Shown: one piece after another, positions 36,736 through 38,024 of the stretch
Layout of the letters: each line of letters starts with the position of its first letter
Position numbering within the stretch: the first letter of the stretch is position 1
Origin: a virus
Taxonomy: Duplodnaviria; Heunggongvirae; Uroviricota; Caudoviricetes
Strand: one strand, 5' to 3'
IMG/VR virus record: IMGVR_UViG_2703718860_000027
DNA length: 38,024 nt
Made by a program: the position numbers and the translations under genes
The notes under the pieces: model-generated
Told to the model about the DNA's origin: nothing
Database searches by the model: none
What the model saw: the letters and a program-made list of their open reading frames with translations, nothing else

Positions 36736-37749
36736 TTGGATTTTAAACATCTTACTCAATTTAAAGATATAATTGAACTGGACAAGCGCCCCGTTAAACT
36801 TGATGAACGGGAAACGTTTAATGTCTCATGGGGTATTGATGAGAACTACCAGGTTGGGGCTGCGATTTCAATTGCTTCAATTCTTGAAAATAATAAACAA
36901 AACAAATTTACCTTTCACATAATCGCTGATTACTTAGACAAAGAGTATATTGAATTATTATCACAATTAGCAACGAAGTATCAAACAGTAATTAAATTAT
37001 ATCATATTGATTCTGAGCCATTGAAGGCGCTACCTCAATCAAATATCTGGCCAGTATCTATTTATTATCGTTTGCTTTCATTTGATTATTTTTCTGCGCG
37101 ATTGGATTCATTATTATATCTTGATGCTGATATCGTCTGTAAGGGTTCATTGAACGAGTTAATAGCATTAGAGTTTAAAGATGAATATGGGGCAGTGGTA
37201 ATTGATGTAGATGCTATGCAAAGTAAAAGCGCTGAGCGTTTGTGTAATGAGGATTTTAACGGTAGCTATTTTAACTCTGGTGTAATGTATATTAATTTAC
37301 GGGAATGGTTAAAACAAAGACTAACGGAAAAATTCTTTGATCTATTATCAGATGAGTCAATTATAAAAAAATTAAAGTACCCGGATCAAGATATTTTAAA
37401 CTTAATGTTTCTACATCATGCTAAAATATTACCGAGAAAATATAATTGTATTTATACTATAAAGTCAGAATTTGAAGAAAAAAATAGTGAATATTACACC
37501 CGGTTTATTAATGATGACACTGTCTTCATACATTATACTGGTATAACTAAGCCATGGCATGATTGGGCGAACTACGCCTCTGCAGATTATTTTCGTAATA
37601 TTTATAATATATCACCATGGAGAAATATACCTTATAAAAAAGCTGTTAAAAAACATGAGTACAAAGAAAAATATAAACACTTGCTTTACCAGAAAAAATT
37701 TCTCGATGGTGTTTTTACAGCAATTAAATATAATGTTATGAAAGGTTAA
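36736..37749 (+). CDS. waaJ: LPS outer-core glycosyltransferase, family GT8 (WaaJ-like by R3-type gene order)
   Basis: 337-aa ORF with GT8 motifs (YLDADIVCKG, HYTGITKPW). The apparent start is TTG, so the true start is uncertain. Symbol assigned by synteny only. Confidence 0.55.
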   Translation: MDFKHLTQFKDIIELDKRPVKLDERETFNVSWGIDENYQVGAAISIASILENNKQNKFTFHIIADYLDKEYIELLSQLATKYQTVIKLYHIDSEPLKALPQSNIWPVSIYYRLLSFDYFSARLDSLLYLDADIVCKGSLNELIALEFKDEYGAVVIDVDAMQSKSAERLCNEDFNGSYFNSGVMYINLREWLKQRLTEKFFDLLSDESIIKKLKYPDQDILNLMFLHHAKILPRKYNCIYTIKSEFEEKNSEYYTRFINDDTVFIHYTGITKPWHDWANYASADYFRNIYNISPWRNIPYKKAVKKHEYKEKYKHLLYQKKFLDGVFTAIKYNVMKG

Positions 37750-37757
37750 TATACGAG

Positions 37758-38003
37758 ATGGTTGATAAAATAATATTTACGGTTACTCCTATTTTTTCAA
37801 TTCCTCCTCGCGGAGCGGCTGCTGTTGAAACGTGGATGTATCAGGTTGCTCAGCGTACCAATTTTCCAAATCGTATTGTTTGTATCAAAAATCCAGGATA
37901 CTCAAATTACACCTTTGTTAATGATAATTGTAGTATTCATAGGGTTGGATTCAGTCGCATATATAAGCGGTTATTTCAAAAATGGACAAGACTTGATCGG
38001 TAA
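37758..38003 (+). CDS. N-terminal part of a WaaD/WaaK-like LPS core glycosyltransferase; possibly truncated or frameshifted
   Basis: 81-aa ORF (MVDKIIFTVTPIFSIPPRGAAAVETW...) that looks like the N-terminus of a GT-B core glycosyltransferase but stops at 38003. One alternative frame stays open to the window end. Confidence 0.4.
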   Translation: MVDKIIFTVTPIFSIPPRGAAAVETWMYQVAQRTNFPNRIVCIKNPGYSNYTFVNDNCSIHRVGFSRIYKRLFQKWTRLDR

Positions 38004-38024
38004 TGACTCCAACTTATTGATAGT

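Overview
This window is Escherichia/Shigella-type chromosome covering the edge of a selC-associated genomic island, a long run of conserved core genes, and the start of the waa LPS-core cluster. It is read in the reverse orientation to the usual K-12 map. From the left: an IS2-group insertion sequence (orfA/orfB), a P4-family tyrosine integrase, and tRNA-Sec (selC) on the minus strand. The integrase lies just downstream of the tRNA 3' end, so the island body lies beyond the window start. The core block then follows: yicJ-yicI, yicH, xanP, gltS, the gmk-rpoZ-spoT-trmH-recG operon, ligB, yicG, dinD, yicC, rph-pyrE, slmA, dut, coaBC, yicR, rpmB-rpmG, mutM, coaD and waaA. After that comes waaQ-waaG-waaP and a low-GC outer-core block whose gene order (GT8, waaY, GT8, waaD-like) fits the R3 core type rather than K-12. 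All core genes appear full length, including rph, which is frameshifted in K-12. The most unusual item is a 288-codon ORF of unknown function wedged between the convergent gltS and recG genes, which I recall as nearly abutting in K-12. No CRISPR array and no obvious multi-gene defence or secretion system is visible; apart from the island edge, the gltS-recG insert and the outer-core block, the window is ordinary core genome. All calls come from reading the sequence and from recalled protein families; no database search was run.
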